This document shows, one piece after another, positions 1 to 8,708 of a DNA stretch of 64,000 nucleotides. The position numbers and the translations under genes were made by a program. The notes below the pieces were generated by a model. That model did not search any database, was not told the DNA's origin, and worked only from the letters and a program-made list of their open reading frames with translations. Every line of letters begins with the position of its first letter. Positions within the stretch are counted from its first letter, which is position 1. Source of the stretch: Candidatus Dormiibacterota bacterium (GTDB lineage: Bacteria; Chloroflexota; Dormibacteria; Dormibacterales; Dormibacteraceae); the NCBI GenBank assembly GCA_963790575.1, contig CAWBPD010000026.1:264411-328410 (forward strand), read 5' to 3'.

Positions 1-1800
1 GCGCATGCAGCCCTCGATGACACTTCGCGCCACCGTCTCGGCGCCGGCCCCGCAGTCGTAGCGCCGCAGCCCGTGGGCGATGATCGAGTTGTCGTGGGGC
101 CATACCGACCCGTTGTGGTAGCTCATCGGGTTGTAGAAGGGGCTTTCCTTGGAGAGCGTCCGCACCCCCCAGCCGCTGAACAGCTCGGGGGCGACAAGGC
201 GGGCGGCGACGCGCGCCCCCTTCTCCGGGTCCACGATCCCCGACCACAGGCAGTGACCGGGGTTGCTGGTGACCGACGGCACCTGCCGCTTGTCCCCGTC
301 CAGCGCCTGCGCGAAGTAGCCGGCCTCGGCCATCCAGAACCGCTGATTGAACCGCTCCCGCAGGAGCCCGGCCTCGGCCTCCAGGCGCTGGGCGAGGGCG
401 GCACGGCCGGTGCGCAGGCACCATCGGGAGAGCCCGACTTTGGCCTGGTACACATAGCCCTGCACCTCGACCAGGGCGGCGGGAAGCTTGGCCGGGTGCC
501 CGTCGGGTGACATCAGCGATTGGGCGGAGTCCTTCCAGCCCTGGTTGCGGACGCCCCAGCCGCGGTCATACTTGCGCTCAGGCGCGTGCTCGGCGTACTC
601 CACGAAGCCGTCGCCGTCCTGGTCACCGTAGCGATCGATCCACTCCAGCGCCGCCTCCACGTGCGGCCACAGCTCGGTGAGCAGCTCGACGTCGCCGGTC
701 CAGTCGAGCAGCTCGACCAGGAGCACCAGGAAGAGCGGGGTGGCGTCGACGCTGCCGTAGTACGGGGTGTGGGGCACCTGGTGGAGGTGCGCGAGCTCCC
801 CGAAGCGGATCTCGTGCATGATCTTGCCCGGCTCCTCCTCCCGGTCCGGATCGGTGGCCGTCCCCTGCTCCTGCGCCAGGTAGCGGAGGCTGCCGCGAGC
901 CAGCTCGGGATTCAAGCTCAGCGTCTGCAGGGAGGTGATCAGGGCGTCGCGGCCGAAGGGGACGGCGTACCAGGGGATCCCGGCGGTCGGCAGCAGCCCG
1001 GTGGGACGCTCGTCGGCGAGGACCCGCAGGTCCTGCTGATTGCGCCACAGCAACGCCCTGTCGAAGAGCTCGTTGTCGGTGTGGATACGGGTCGACTGCT
1101 GGTTCCAGCGGTCGTAGGTGTCCTCCAGCCCGGCCAGCGCCCGGTCGAAATCGGCGATGCGGGCGAAGTCGCCGTCGAGGACGGCGTGGATGCCGACCAC
1201 GCAGACGAAGACCTCGTGCGGGTCGAGCGTGATGCGGACCGAGATCCGGTCCTCGTGAACCGTGGGCTCGGGCCTGACCACGATCCGGGTCTGGCGCCGG
1301 ACGCGGTCCAGGCCCTCGTAGCCGAAGATCAGCTGGCCCCGCTCGCGGCGCGGCTGGGAAAGGGACCCGAGCGCCTGCGGCGTGACGTACTTGCGGACCG
1401 CGAAGATGTCCTGGAAGTCGGCCCCGAAGCGCAGCTCCAGCTCCAGCTGCATGGTGCGCGCGGTGCAGTTCTGGAGCCCGATCCGGTCGTGCAGCCCGTC
1501 GTGGACGAAGCGACTGCGCCGGATGCTGAGCGTCTGCTGAGCGATCGTCTGACCGTCGAGCCCGACCAGCTCCGGGTTGACCATCTGGAATGTGGCCACG
1601 TAGGCGCGGTCGACGCTGTGGCTGAGGAGGATCGGCGTCTCTCCGTTGAGCCGGAGCTCGTAGGTGCTCAGAAAGCGGCAATCCTGGCGGTAGAGACCGA
1701 AGCCGCGCTCGTCGTCCTGGGGGAAATCACCATGGTCGTCGGAGGCGCAAAAGGTGTCGTTCTCCTTCAGGACCACGCGGCTCTCGAGCACGCCTGTCAT
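1..1800 (-). CDS. Glycogen debranching enzyme, amylo-alpha-1,6-glucosidase (GDE_C) family. The ATG is at 1800..1798; the C-terminus runs off the window start.
   Basis: A manual reverse-complement translation from 1800 gives a continuous frame: MTGVLESRVVLKEND...GYFAQALDGDKRQVPSVTSNPGHCLWSGIVD...SPFYNPMSYHNGSVWPHDNSIIAHGL. These motifs are typical of bacterial and archaeal GDE_C debranching enzymes. It is absent from the ORF track only because it is truncated by the window edge. Confidence 0.75.
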   Translation of the reverse strand, partial: MTGVLESRVVLKENDTFCASDDHGDFPQDDERGFGLYRQDCRFLSTYELRLNGETPILLSHSVDRAYVATFQMVNPELVGLDGQTIAQQTLSIRRSRFVHDGLHDRIGLQNCTARTMQLELELRFGADFQDIFAVRKYVTPQALGSLSQPRRERGQLIFGYEGLDRVRRQTRIVVRPEPTVHEDRISVRITLDPHEVFVCVVGIHAVLDGDFARIADFDRALAGLEDTYDRWNQQSTRIHTDNELFDRALLWRNQQDLRVLADERPTGLLPTAGIPWYAVPFGRDALITSLQTLSLNPELARGSLRYLAQEQGTATDPDREEEPGKIMHEIRFGELAHLHQVPHTPYYGSVDATPLFLVLLVELLDWTGDVELLTELWPHVEAALEWIDRYGDQDGDGFVEYAEHAPERKYDRGWGVRNQGWKDSAQSLMSPDGHPAKLPAALVEVQGYVYQAKVGLSRWCLRTGRAALAQRLEAEAGLLRERFNQRFWMAEAGYFAQALDGDKRQVPSVTSNPGHCLWSGIVDPEKGARVAARLVAPELFSGWGVRTLSKESPFYNPMSYHNGSVWPHDNSIIAHGLRRYDCGAGAETVARSVIEGCMR

Positions 1801-1839
1801 TGTGCGCGACTCGTCATCGGGGGCCGGGAAGCAGGGACA

Positions 1840-3189
1840 ATGGCCGTCATGGCCCGTCCCCTGGTTGCCCTGGTGGGGCGGCCCAACACCGGCAAGTCGA
1901 CCCTCTTCAACCGCCTCGTCGGCTGGCGCCAGGCGATCGTCGACAAGGAGCCGGGCCTGACCCGCGACCGCCTCTACGGCACCACCGACTGGGAAGGGCG
2001 GGAGATGACGGTGATCGACACCGCGGGCCTCGACGTGCTGGAGGGCCTGCGGTCTTCCGATCCGGCCGAGCAGACGCGACTGGCCATCGATGAGGCGGAC
2101 GTGATCGTGCTGCTGCTCGACGCTCGGGAGGGCCTGACTCCGATCGACCGCGACATCGGCGAGATGCTGCGACGCTCCGGACGCCCGGTGGTGGTCGGGG
2201 CCAACAAGGCCGACCACCATGGGACGCCGTATCTGCGGCACGAGCTGTACGAGCTGGGCCTCGAACCCGTCGTCTCTTTGTCCGGCCAGCACGGGATCGG
2301 CGTCGACGATCTGCTGGACGCCATCGTCGAGCGCCTGCCACCGGCTCCGCCCGAGGAGGAGGAGCCGGAGGAGGTCGCCCGGCTCGCGATCATGGGGCGC
2401 CCGAACGTCGGGAAGTCATCGCTGCTGAACCGGCTGCTGGGCGACGAGCGGGCGCTGGTCGCGGATACGCCGGGCACCACGCGTGACCCGGTCGACACCC
2501 AGGTCATGTTCGACGGCCTGCCCATGACGCTGATCGACACCGCCGGGATCCGCCGCCGGGCCGCCGCTCGGGACCGTGCCGAACACTTCTCCCTGCTGCG
2601 CGGGATCAACGCGATGGAGCGGTCCGACTGTGTGCTGCTGGTCCTCGACGGTCCCGAGGGCGTGCTGCGGCAGGACCAGCACGTCGCCTCCTACGCGCTG
2701 GAGGCGGGCAAGGGGCTGGTCGTGGTCGTCAACAAAGTGGACCTGCTGGAGGGAGAGGACAGCCAGCGGCGCCACTGGCAGGAGGTGGTCCAGCGCGAGC
2801 TGCGGTTCGCGCCGCACGTGCCGGTGGTGATCGCCTCGGCGCGCACCGGCCGCGGGACCCAGCAGATCCTGCCCACGGCGCTCGAGGTGGTGGGGCAGCG
2901 CCACGTCCGGGTGCCGACCAGCCGGCTCAACCAGGTGCTTCGGGAGGCCTTCCTGGAGCATCCCCCGCCGTCCTTCCGGAACAAGCGGTTGAACCTCAAG
3001 TACGCGACCCAGGCACGCTCGGAAACGCCGACCATGGTGCTGTTCGTGAACGACACCGAACTCCTGCACTTCTCCTACCGGCGCTACCTGGAGAACCGGC
3101 TGCGGGCTGAGTTCGGGTTCGCCGGCAACCCGCTGCGGCTGGTCCTGCGGGCGTCGGCGCGGGAGGGCGAGCGGGCGGGCCGCCACTGA
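1840..3189 (+). CDS. der: Ribosome-associated GTPase Der/EngA, with two tandem GTPase domains.
   Basis: The sequence from 1840 reads MAVMARPLVALVGRPNTGKSTLFNRL...DTAG. A second G domain follows (IMGRPNVGKSSLLNRLLG...DTAGIRRR...NKVDL), then a C-terminal KH-like domain. The upstream part of ORF 520..3189 is antisense to the debranching enzyme gene and was discarded. Confidence 0.9.
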   Translation: MAVMARPLVALVGRPNTGKSTLFNRLVGWRQAIVDKEPGLTRDRLYGTTDWEGREMTVIDTAGLDVLEGLRSSDPAEQTRLAIDEADVIVLLLDAREGLTPIDRDIGEMLRRSGRPVVVGANKADHHGTPYLRHELYELGLEPVVSLSGQHGIGVDDLLDAIVERLPPAPPEEEEPEEVARLAIMGRPNVGKSSLLNRLLGDERALVADTPGTTRDPVDTQVMFDGLPMTLIDTAGIRRRAAARDRAEHFSLLRGINAMERSDCVLLVLDGPEGVLRQDQHVASYALEAGKGLVVVVNKVDLLEGEDSQRRHWQEVVQRELRFAPHVPVVIASARTGRGTQQILPTALEVVGQRHVRVPTSRLNQVLREAFLEHPPPSFRNKRLNLKYATQARSETPTMVLFVNDTELLHFSYRRYLENRLRAEFGFAGNPLRLVLRASAREGERAGRH

Positions 3190-3195
3190 CCCCAG

Positions 3196-4125
3196 TCAGC
3201 CGAGGACCTGGGCGGTGCGGCGGGCCGTGGCCTCGAGGTTGGGCAGGTCCCTCCGCCAGGCGTTGTAGATGAGGTGCGAGACCCCGATGCGGACCTCGTA
3301 GCAGCGCAGGCGGAGGTCGAAGTCCGTGAGGTCGACCCCGGCGGCGCGCCAGTGGTCCAGCGCCCGCTCGCGCAGACCGGCGGCGGCGATACCGCGGTGC
3401 CAGGGACCCCAGAACGTGAACCAGGCGAGCTCGTAGAGGTGGTCGCCGTAGAGCGCGCACTGCCAGTCGATCAGCGCCGAGACGCGGGCCCCGGAGACGA
3501 ACACGTTGCGGTTGAGCAGGTCCGAGTGGAGGAGATCGCGCCGGTTCGGGCAGCGGCCGGACAGCGCCTCCAACTCATCCATGCCCCGGCGGAAGGTCCG
3601 GTCGGCTAGGTCGGAGGCGGCCAGGTCACCGCGCCAGGTGGAGCGGAAGGCCTCCGGCGTCCCACCGTCCACGGCGAGCAGGAACTCCCGCCAGTCGCGG
3701 TGGCGGCCGTTTCCCCGCGCGTCCCAAGGGCCGAGGCCGGTCGACCCTGAGGTGTCGGCCGTGCGCAGCGCGTCCAAGGTGGCCAGGACCGAAGGCGCCG
3801 CCGCCTCCATCCGCTCCGGCGGCAGATCCTCCAGGAAGTCACCGAAGGCACGCTCCGAGATCGCGTAGTAGGCGCCTTCCGCCTCGCCCACCTCGAAGAC
3901 AGCCGGGATCGGGAGCGCCGGCGACGCGAAACGGAGGGCCAGCAGGTCGACGTCGAAGGTGTGACGGTCGGGGTTGAACCGCACCACCAGCTCGCGTCCC
4001 GCGTGCCGGAACGCGTAGGCGCGCGACCACTCCCCCTGCGGGAGGTCGGGTCCCACCTCGACGTCGCCGCCAAACCGCCCGCGCAGGAAGCGCTGCGCGG
4101 CCGCGACATCCACCTGTTCACCCAA
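3196..4125 (-). CDS. Phosphotransferase enzyme family protein (aminoglycoside/antibiotic kinase APH-like).
   Basis: HSDLLNRNVFV...IDWQCALYGDHLYELA matches the APH/choline-kinase catalytic loop (HxDxxxxN) and Mg-binding (IDW..D) motifs. It is convergent with der. Confidence 0.75.
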   Translation of the reverse strand: MGEQVDVAAAQRFLRGRFGGDVEVGPDLPQGEWSRAYAFRHAGRELVVRFNPDRHTFDVDLLALRFASPALPIPAVFEVGEAEGAYYAISERAFGDFLEDLPPERMEAAAPSVLATLDALRTADTSGSTGLGPWDARGNGRHRDWREFLLAVDGGTPEAFRSTWRGDLAASDLADRTFRRGMDELEALSGRCPNRRDLLHSDLLNRNVFVSGARVSALIDWQCALYGDHLYELAWFTFWGPWHRGIAAAGLRERALDHWRAAGVDLTDFDLRLRCYEVRIGVSHLIYNAWRRDLPNLEATARRTAQVLG

Positions 4126-4270
4126 GAACCGTGCTATGGGCCCATCATGAGCCAGCTTTCACTCGAAGACGGCGAACGCGGTGGCGGCAACCAGGGCCGC
4201 GGCCAAGGGCCCACTGTCCGCACCGGGACCTCAAAACGCGCGGGGTAAGGTCTCAGTGCGGACAGTCGGC

Positions 4271-5977
4271 CCTTAACCCAGATTTTTCATGAAGGTTTCC
4301 GGAGGGTGCGCAGTCAAGGACGGAGAGGGCTGAGGTTGACATTCGCGCCCGACTGATGGGTTCGTCGCGTTGGGTTCATGGCTTTCGCCAGGGTCGAGAG
4401 TCCGGAGCGGATGCCGTCGGGGGCCCGGACATGGGGCGCGCGCGAGCTCGAGAGGCGTGCCGACCTCGCCCCCTGCGGTGATCGGTCGAGGCGGCCGGGT
4501 GGTGGTGGGCCGGGATCAGGTCTCCGGGATCTGTCGGATGCGGGTGAAGGCGGTGGCCAGCAACTCGCTCCAGCGCCAGTTGGACTGCAGGCGCAGGAGG
4601 AGGCGGCGGCCGCCATGGACCAGGCGCCCGGCGGTGTGCAGGAGACGGTAACGCAGGGTGCGCGGTTCCCAGAGTTGGGCCGCGCCGCGCAGCGCGATGC
4701 GGCGGAAGTGGCAGAGCAGGTCGTGAGCGGCAAGCACCAGTTCCAGCCAGATCTGGTTGGGCAGAAAGTCGCGGAAGGGGAAGGCGCGGAGCCCGGTCTC
4801 CTTGGCACAGCGGATCTGGTCCTCGCAGCGGGCGCGGGCACGATGGCGTGCCTCCAGGAGGGCGAGATCGGACCCCTCCTGGTCGGTGATGAAGACCTGG
4901 AAGCGCCAGCCCTGGTGGTCGGTGAAGGAGAGCTGGGCACCGGGGTGGGGACGCTCACGGCGGCAGATGGCGCGGGTGCCTGAGGGCCAGGCGGAGAGAT
5001 CGAGGTCGACGAGCTCGCAGACGTCCGCCCCCTCGCGCTCCTCGGCGTCCTGGCGGATGGCCGGGGTCCAGCTCTCCTCGGGAACACAGAGGATGGCCTC
5101 GCGGACGTCCTCGCGGAGATCGAAGCCGACCGAGAACTTGGTGTGCTCGCGAGCGCGCACCGCCTTCCAGGAATTTGTGGGTGGCGCCGGCGCTGTCGCA
5201 GCGCACCAGCAGGGGGGCGTCGCGCACCCACTCCGGGAGCTGCCGGCAGGCCAGCTCGAAGACCTCGAGGTGATCGGTGACGGTGTTGGAGCCGGCGCTG
5301 CCCGGGCGCAGGACGGCGGCCATCGCCTCGCCGGTGGCCTCCAGGAAGCCAGTCAAAGGATGGTAGCCGAAGCCGTGCTTGTAGTTGCCCGAGGCCTGCT
5401 CCTTTTCGGAATGCGCGGTGACCAGGGTGGCGTCGATGTCGAGGACCAGCAGCTCGGGTGTGCCGGCGCTCTGCCAGGCTCGCCGGCGCATCTGCCCTCG
5501 CGCCTCGCGCAGGCGCTCCAGGTCGGCTTCATGAAGGCGCTCGATGACGCGCCAGGCGGTCGGGACGGAGGCGACGTGGCCGAAGAGGTCGGGCTGATCG
5601 CGGAGCGTGGAGATATCGCTCAGACAGTCACCGCCGTCGGCAATGCTGACGACGAGATCGGTGAGGACGAGGCCTGGGTGATGGACGGCGCGAGGCGAAT
5701 GGCGCGGGTCGAGACCGTGGCAGAGGGCCTGCGTGTAGCCGAGTCGATCGGCCATTTCGCGGAGTGCGGCGGCGCCCGCGTGATTGACGAGCCCGGAGCC
5801 GTCGGCGCTGACTGCGAAGGAAGGGCGACGAATGCTGCTACGCTTCACCTGAAAGGTGCCTCCTCGGCTGGACGAATCGGAAGTGAGCAACCGCATTCTC
5901 CCAGTTCTGGACAGGCACCTTTCCTGCCTCTACGCTGCCCTCGCTCAGCGCCCCACGTGAAATATCGGGGTTAATGA
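4271..5977 (-). mobile_element. IS1380-family insertion sequence, about 1.7 kb, with imperfect terminal inverted repeats.
   Basis: The right end (4274..4296) reads TTAACCCAGATTTTTCATGAAGG. The reverse complement of the left end (5953..5974) reads TTAACCCCGATATTTCACGTGG, matching at about 17 of 22 positions. The 1701 bp length fits IS1380-family elements. The transposase gene fills the interior. The boundaries are uncertain by a few bp and no clear target-site duplication was seen. Confidence 0.7.
4516..5896 (-). pseudogene. IS1380-family DDE transposase, split by a -1/+1 frameshift near 5165.
   Basis: The N-terminal part (ORF 4955..5896) reads VSADGSGLVNHAGAAALRE...LVLDIDATLVTAHSEKEQASGNYKHGFGYHPL...CDSAGATHKFLE. 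The C-terminal part (ORF 4516..5160, a different frame) reads REHTKFSVGFDLRED...FITDQEGSDLALLEARHRARARCEDQIRCAKETGLRAFPFRDFLPNQIWLELVLAAHDLL. Together they make a single IS1380-type transposase of about 460 aa. The frame switches between THKFLE and AVRAREHTKF at 5160..5170. This may be a real frameshift or a sequencing error. Confidence 0.7.
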
Positions 5978-6018
5978 GCGCGCGCCCTCACGCCGAACCG
6001 TGCGTTGTACGCTCAGCC

Positions 6019-6711
6019 ATGATGGCGCAGAAGGTCCTGGTGGTGGACGACGAGGACCACATCGTGGAGTTGGCCCGGCTGTACCTGGCACGGGAGGGCT
6101 TCGAGTGTGTGGGCGTCCAGGACGGGGCCGCCGCGGTGGAGCGGTTCGCCGACGTCCGTCCCGACCTGGTCGTGCTCGACGTCATGCTTCCCAACAAGGA
6201 TGGCCTCACCATCTGCAAGGAGATCCGTCGCCAGAGCCAGGTCCCGATCATCATGCTCACGGCCCGCGACGAGGTGACCGACAAGGTGGTCGGCCTCGAG
6301 CTGGGGGCGGACGACTACCTGACCAAGCCCTTTCACCCGCAGGAGCTGGTGGCGCGGACCAAAGCTCTGCTGCGGCGCGCGCAGGTCGAGCCGGATGAGC
6401 CCAAGGTCGTGCGCACGGGCGGCCTCGAGATCGACATCGAGCGTCACGAGGTGCGGTACGGCGAGGCGCGCATCCAGCTCCGCCCCAAGGAATTCGACCT
6501 CCTCACCATGCTCGCCCGCCATCCGGGCCGGGTCTTCCAGCGCTCGGAGCTGCTCGACCTGGTGTGGGGGTACGACTTCTCCGGCTACACGCGCACGGTG
6601 GACGTGCACGTGCAGCAGCTCCGCGACAAGCTGGCTCGCGCGGGGGTGGATCGGGTCGCGATCACCACCGTCTGGGGCGTCGGCTACAAGTTCGAGACCA
6701 AGGACACCTGA
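6019..6711 (+). CDS. OmpR/PhoB-family two-component response regulator (receiver plus winged-helix domains).
   Basis: MMAQKVLVVDDEDHIVELARLYL...DLVVLDVMLPNKDGL...LTARDEVTDKVVGLELGADDYLTKPF is followed by a C-terminal trans_reg_C domain (VWGYDFSGYTRTVDVHVQQLRDKL). The likely start at 6019 lies 42 bp from the IS1380 end. Confidence 0.9.
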   Translation: MMAQKVLVVDDEDHIVELARLYLAREGFECVGVQDGAAAVERFADVRPDLVVLDVMLPNKDGLTICKEIRRQSQVPIIMLTARDEVTDKVVGLELGADDYLTKPFHPQELVARTKALLRRAQVEPDEPKVVRTGGLEIDIERHEVRYGEARIQLRPKEFDLLTMLARHPGRVFQRSELLDLVWGYDFSGYTRTVDVHVQQLRDKLARAGVDRVAITTVWGVGYKFETKDT

Positions 6712-6720
6712 GGTCCGGCG

Positions 6721-8328
6721 ATGGGGAGCCTGCGAGTCCGGCTGCTGATGGCGTCGATCGGGCTGGTGCTGGTCGCGTTGGTGGTGAGCGGCATCATCTC
6801 GGTCCTGCTGGTGACTCGCCTGGAGCTGACCAGCACCCAGGATTCCCTCACCAACGCGGTCGGCAATATCGGAACACAGGTGGTGACCGCGGACACCGCC
6901 GCGGCCGCCGCCCAGACCGGGTGCGGCTCCGACAACTCCAGCAGCGTGGGACCACCGAGCGCGCACATCTCCAACCTCTACCTGTGCCAGCTGGCGGACC
7001 GGATGCAGAATCTATCGCTCACCGGAGACCAGCAGCTGATCGTCCTTTCCGGCGACCTCACCGTCCTCTACTCCTCTCAGGCCTACCTCTACCAGACGCA
7101 GGTGCTGCCGCATGGGACGCTCGGATTCCCGCACCCCGCCAAAGTGGGCGACCCCTCTCTCTCCGGGACCGGGTACATCGACGGCCAGGCTTTCCTCTTC
7201 GCGGCCACACCGGTGGAAGGCGTGCACGTGGCGTGGGTGGTCCTTACCGTCCCCCGGGGTAGTGTCTATAACCAGGCCGCCCGCATCGTCATCCCGCCGG
7301 TCCTGGAGGCGGCCGGCGCCGCGCTGATCCTGGCGATCGCGGTCAGCCTCCTGCTGAGCCGGGCGCTCACCCGCCCGCTGACGGAGTTGGAGCGGGCCGC
7401 CGGAGACATCGCGGCCGGCAACTACAGCCGGCGTGCCAAGGTGGAGGGACCGCGTGAGGTGTCGGTGGTCACCGAGGCCTTCAACCGGATGGCGGAGGCG
7501 GTGGAGACCTCGCGCGCCCAGCAGCGCAACTTCCTCGCCGACGTCTCGCACGAGTTGAAGACGCCGCTGACCAGCCTGATCGGTTTCAGCCAGGCGATGA
7601 CCGACGGCAGCCTGCCGGAAGGCGAGCCCCAGCGGCGGGCGGCCGCCATCGTCAACGAGGAAGCGCAGCGGGTGCTGGCGCTCTCGCAAGCGCTGCTGGA
7701 CCTGGCTCGGGCGGAATCCGGCCAGTTGGAGTATCACCTGGGACCGGTGGACCTGGGAGCGATGCTGCAGCAGGCGGTCACCATCGTGCATCCCCGCGCG
7801 GCCGCCCGCGACCTGCAGATCCAGCTCCGGCTGCCGGCGCTACCGCCAGTGGCCGCCGACCACGATCGCCTGGTGCAGGTGATCGAGAACCTGGTCGACA
7901 ACGCGGTCCGGTACGCGCCCCCGGAGGCACGGATCGAGATCGCCGCCAGCGCGACGGCCGATCAGGTAGTGGTCGACATCTCGAACCCGATCGGGGAGCA
8001 CCGGCCGGACCTGGACCGGATCTTCGACCGCTTCTATCGCGCCGACCCCGCCCGCTCCTCGACCCGGCGCGGAGCCGGCCTCGGGCTCGCGATCAGCCGC
8101 CGGCTGGTGCGCGGCCAGCGCGGGGACCTGACGGCGTGGATCGACCGCTGGGACCGCATCCACCTGACGCTGGTGCTCGACCGCAGCACCGGGAATCGCC
8201 TCACCATCGAGGCGCCGAACCCACTGCCGGATGAGGCGGAGGAATCGGCCACCGCCGCGGCGGCTCGAGCCTCCTACGCGGAAGCGCCCGCCACCGCCAG
8301 CAGCCAGTTGACAGAGCCCTTGAGGTAG
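6721..8328 (+). CDS. Sensor histidine kinase (two transmembrane segments, HAMP, HisKA, HATPase_c).
   Basis: There are N-terminal transmembrane helices, then a HAMP-like region, then an H-box (ADVSHELKTPLTSLIGFSQAM) and N/G boxes (ENLVDNAVRYAP...GLGLAISRRLV). It lies 10 bp downstream of the response regulator. Confidence 0.9.
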   Translation: MGSLRVRLLMASIGLVLVALVVSGIISVLLVTRLELTSTQDSLTNAVGNIGTQVVTADTAAAAAQTGCGSDNSSSVGPPSAHISNLYLCQLADRMQNLSLTGDQQLIVLSGDLTVLYSSQAYLYQTQVLPHGTLGFPHPAKVGDPSLSGTGYIDGQAFLFAATPVEGVHVAWVVLTVPRGSVYNQAARIVIPPVLEAAGAALILAIAVSLLLSRALTRPLTELERAAGDIAAGNYSRRAKVEGPREVSVVTEAFNRMAEAVETSRAQQRNFLADVSHELKTPLTSLIGFSQAMTDGSLPEGEPQRRAAAIVNEEAQRVLALSQALLDLARAESGQLEYHLGPVDLGAMLQQAVTIVHPRAAARDLQIQLRLPALPPVAADHDRLVQVIENLVDNAVRYAPPEARIEIAASATADQVVVDISNPIGEHRPDLDRIFDRFYRADPARSSTRRGAGLGLAISRRLVRGQRGDLTAWIDRWDRIHLTLVLDRSTGNRLTIEAPNPLPDEAEESATAAAARASYAEAPATASSQLTEPLR

Positions 8329-8708
8329 GGGTCCGAGAGCGGCAGCAGCCGCACCCGGAGGTGGGTCTCGTCGACGACTTCGGCGCCCCACCACCGCCAC
8401 TGCCGCTGGTCCGGCTGCAGCCAGTGCAGCCAGGCCCGGAGTGACCATCGATCGAGGACGCAGTCCCGCACCTGGCGATCGTCGACACAGGCCGCCACGA
8501 ACCAGGCCGGGAGCAGCGTCTTCCACTCGTCCAGCGACGGCCAGGCGCCTTCCTGGTGGTCGAGCACGGGGGCCAGCGCCTCGCGTACACGTCCCAGGGC
8601 GCGCCCGGCGCCCCCCTCGGCCTCAACCTCGATGACATCCAGCGCCCCTGGCGGGACCTCGGCACCGGCGCCCTCGGCCAGATGCCGCCGCTCGTCGGCC
8701 GGCGTCAC
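8274..8708 (-). CDS. Hypothetical protein, translationally coupled to the E2 gene. Its GTG start overlaps the E2 stop codon.
   Basis: This 144 aa ORF starts at a GTG in a GTGA overlap with the pdh E2 stop at 8705..8708. It has a Trp-rich C-terminal half (AWLHWLQPDQRQWRWWGAEVVDETHL). It is convergent with the histidine kinase 3' end, overlapping it by about 55 nt. No recognisable domain was found. Confidence 0.4.
   Translation of the reverse strand: MTPADERRHLAEGAGAEVPPGALDVIEVEAEGGAGRALGRVREALAPVLDHQEGAWPSLDEWKTLLPAWFVAACVDDRQVRDCVLDRWSLRAWLHWLQPDQRQWRWWGAEVVDETHLRVRLLPLSDPYLKGSVNWLLAVAGASA

Noticed and set aside
520-1839. The N-terminal 440 codons of ORF 520..3189 and ORF 73..510 (plus strand), and ORF 623..1681 (minus strand).
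   Set aside because: These are antisense or out-of-frame relative to the glycogen debranching enzyme gene. A manual translation shows that gene occupying 1..1800 on the minus strand. Their Arg/Pro/Gly-rich composition is typical of wrong-frame ORFs in 70% GC DNA. The real der starts at 1840.
4314-5231. ORF 4314..5231 (minus, 305 aa) and plus-strand ORFs 4378..4983 and 4757..5974 inside the IS1380 element.
   Set aside because: They overlap the transposase in other frames or in antisense. They are Arg/Ser/Pro-rich with no domain signal.
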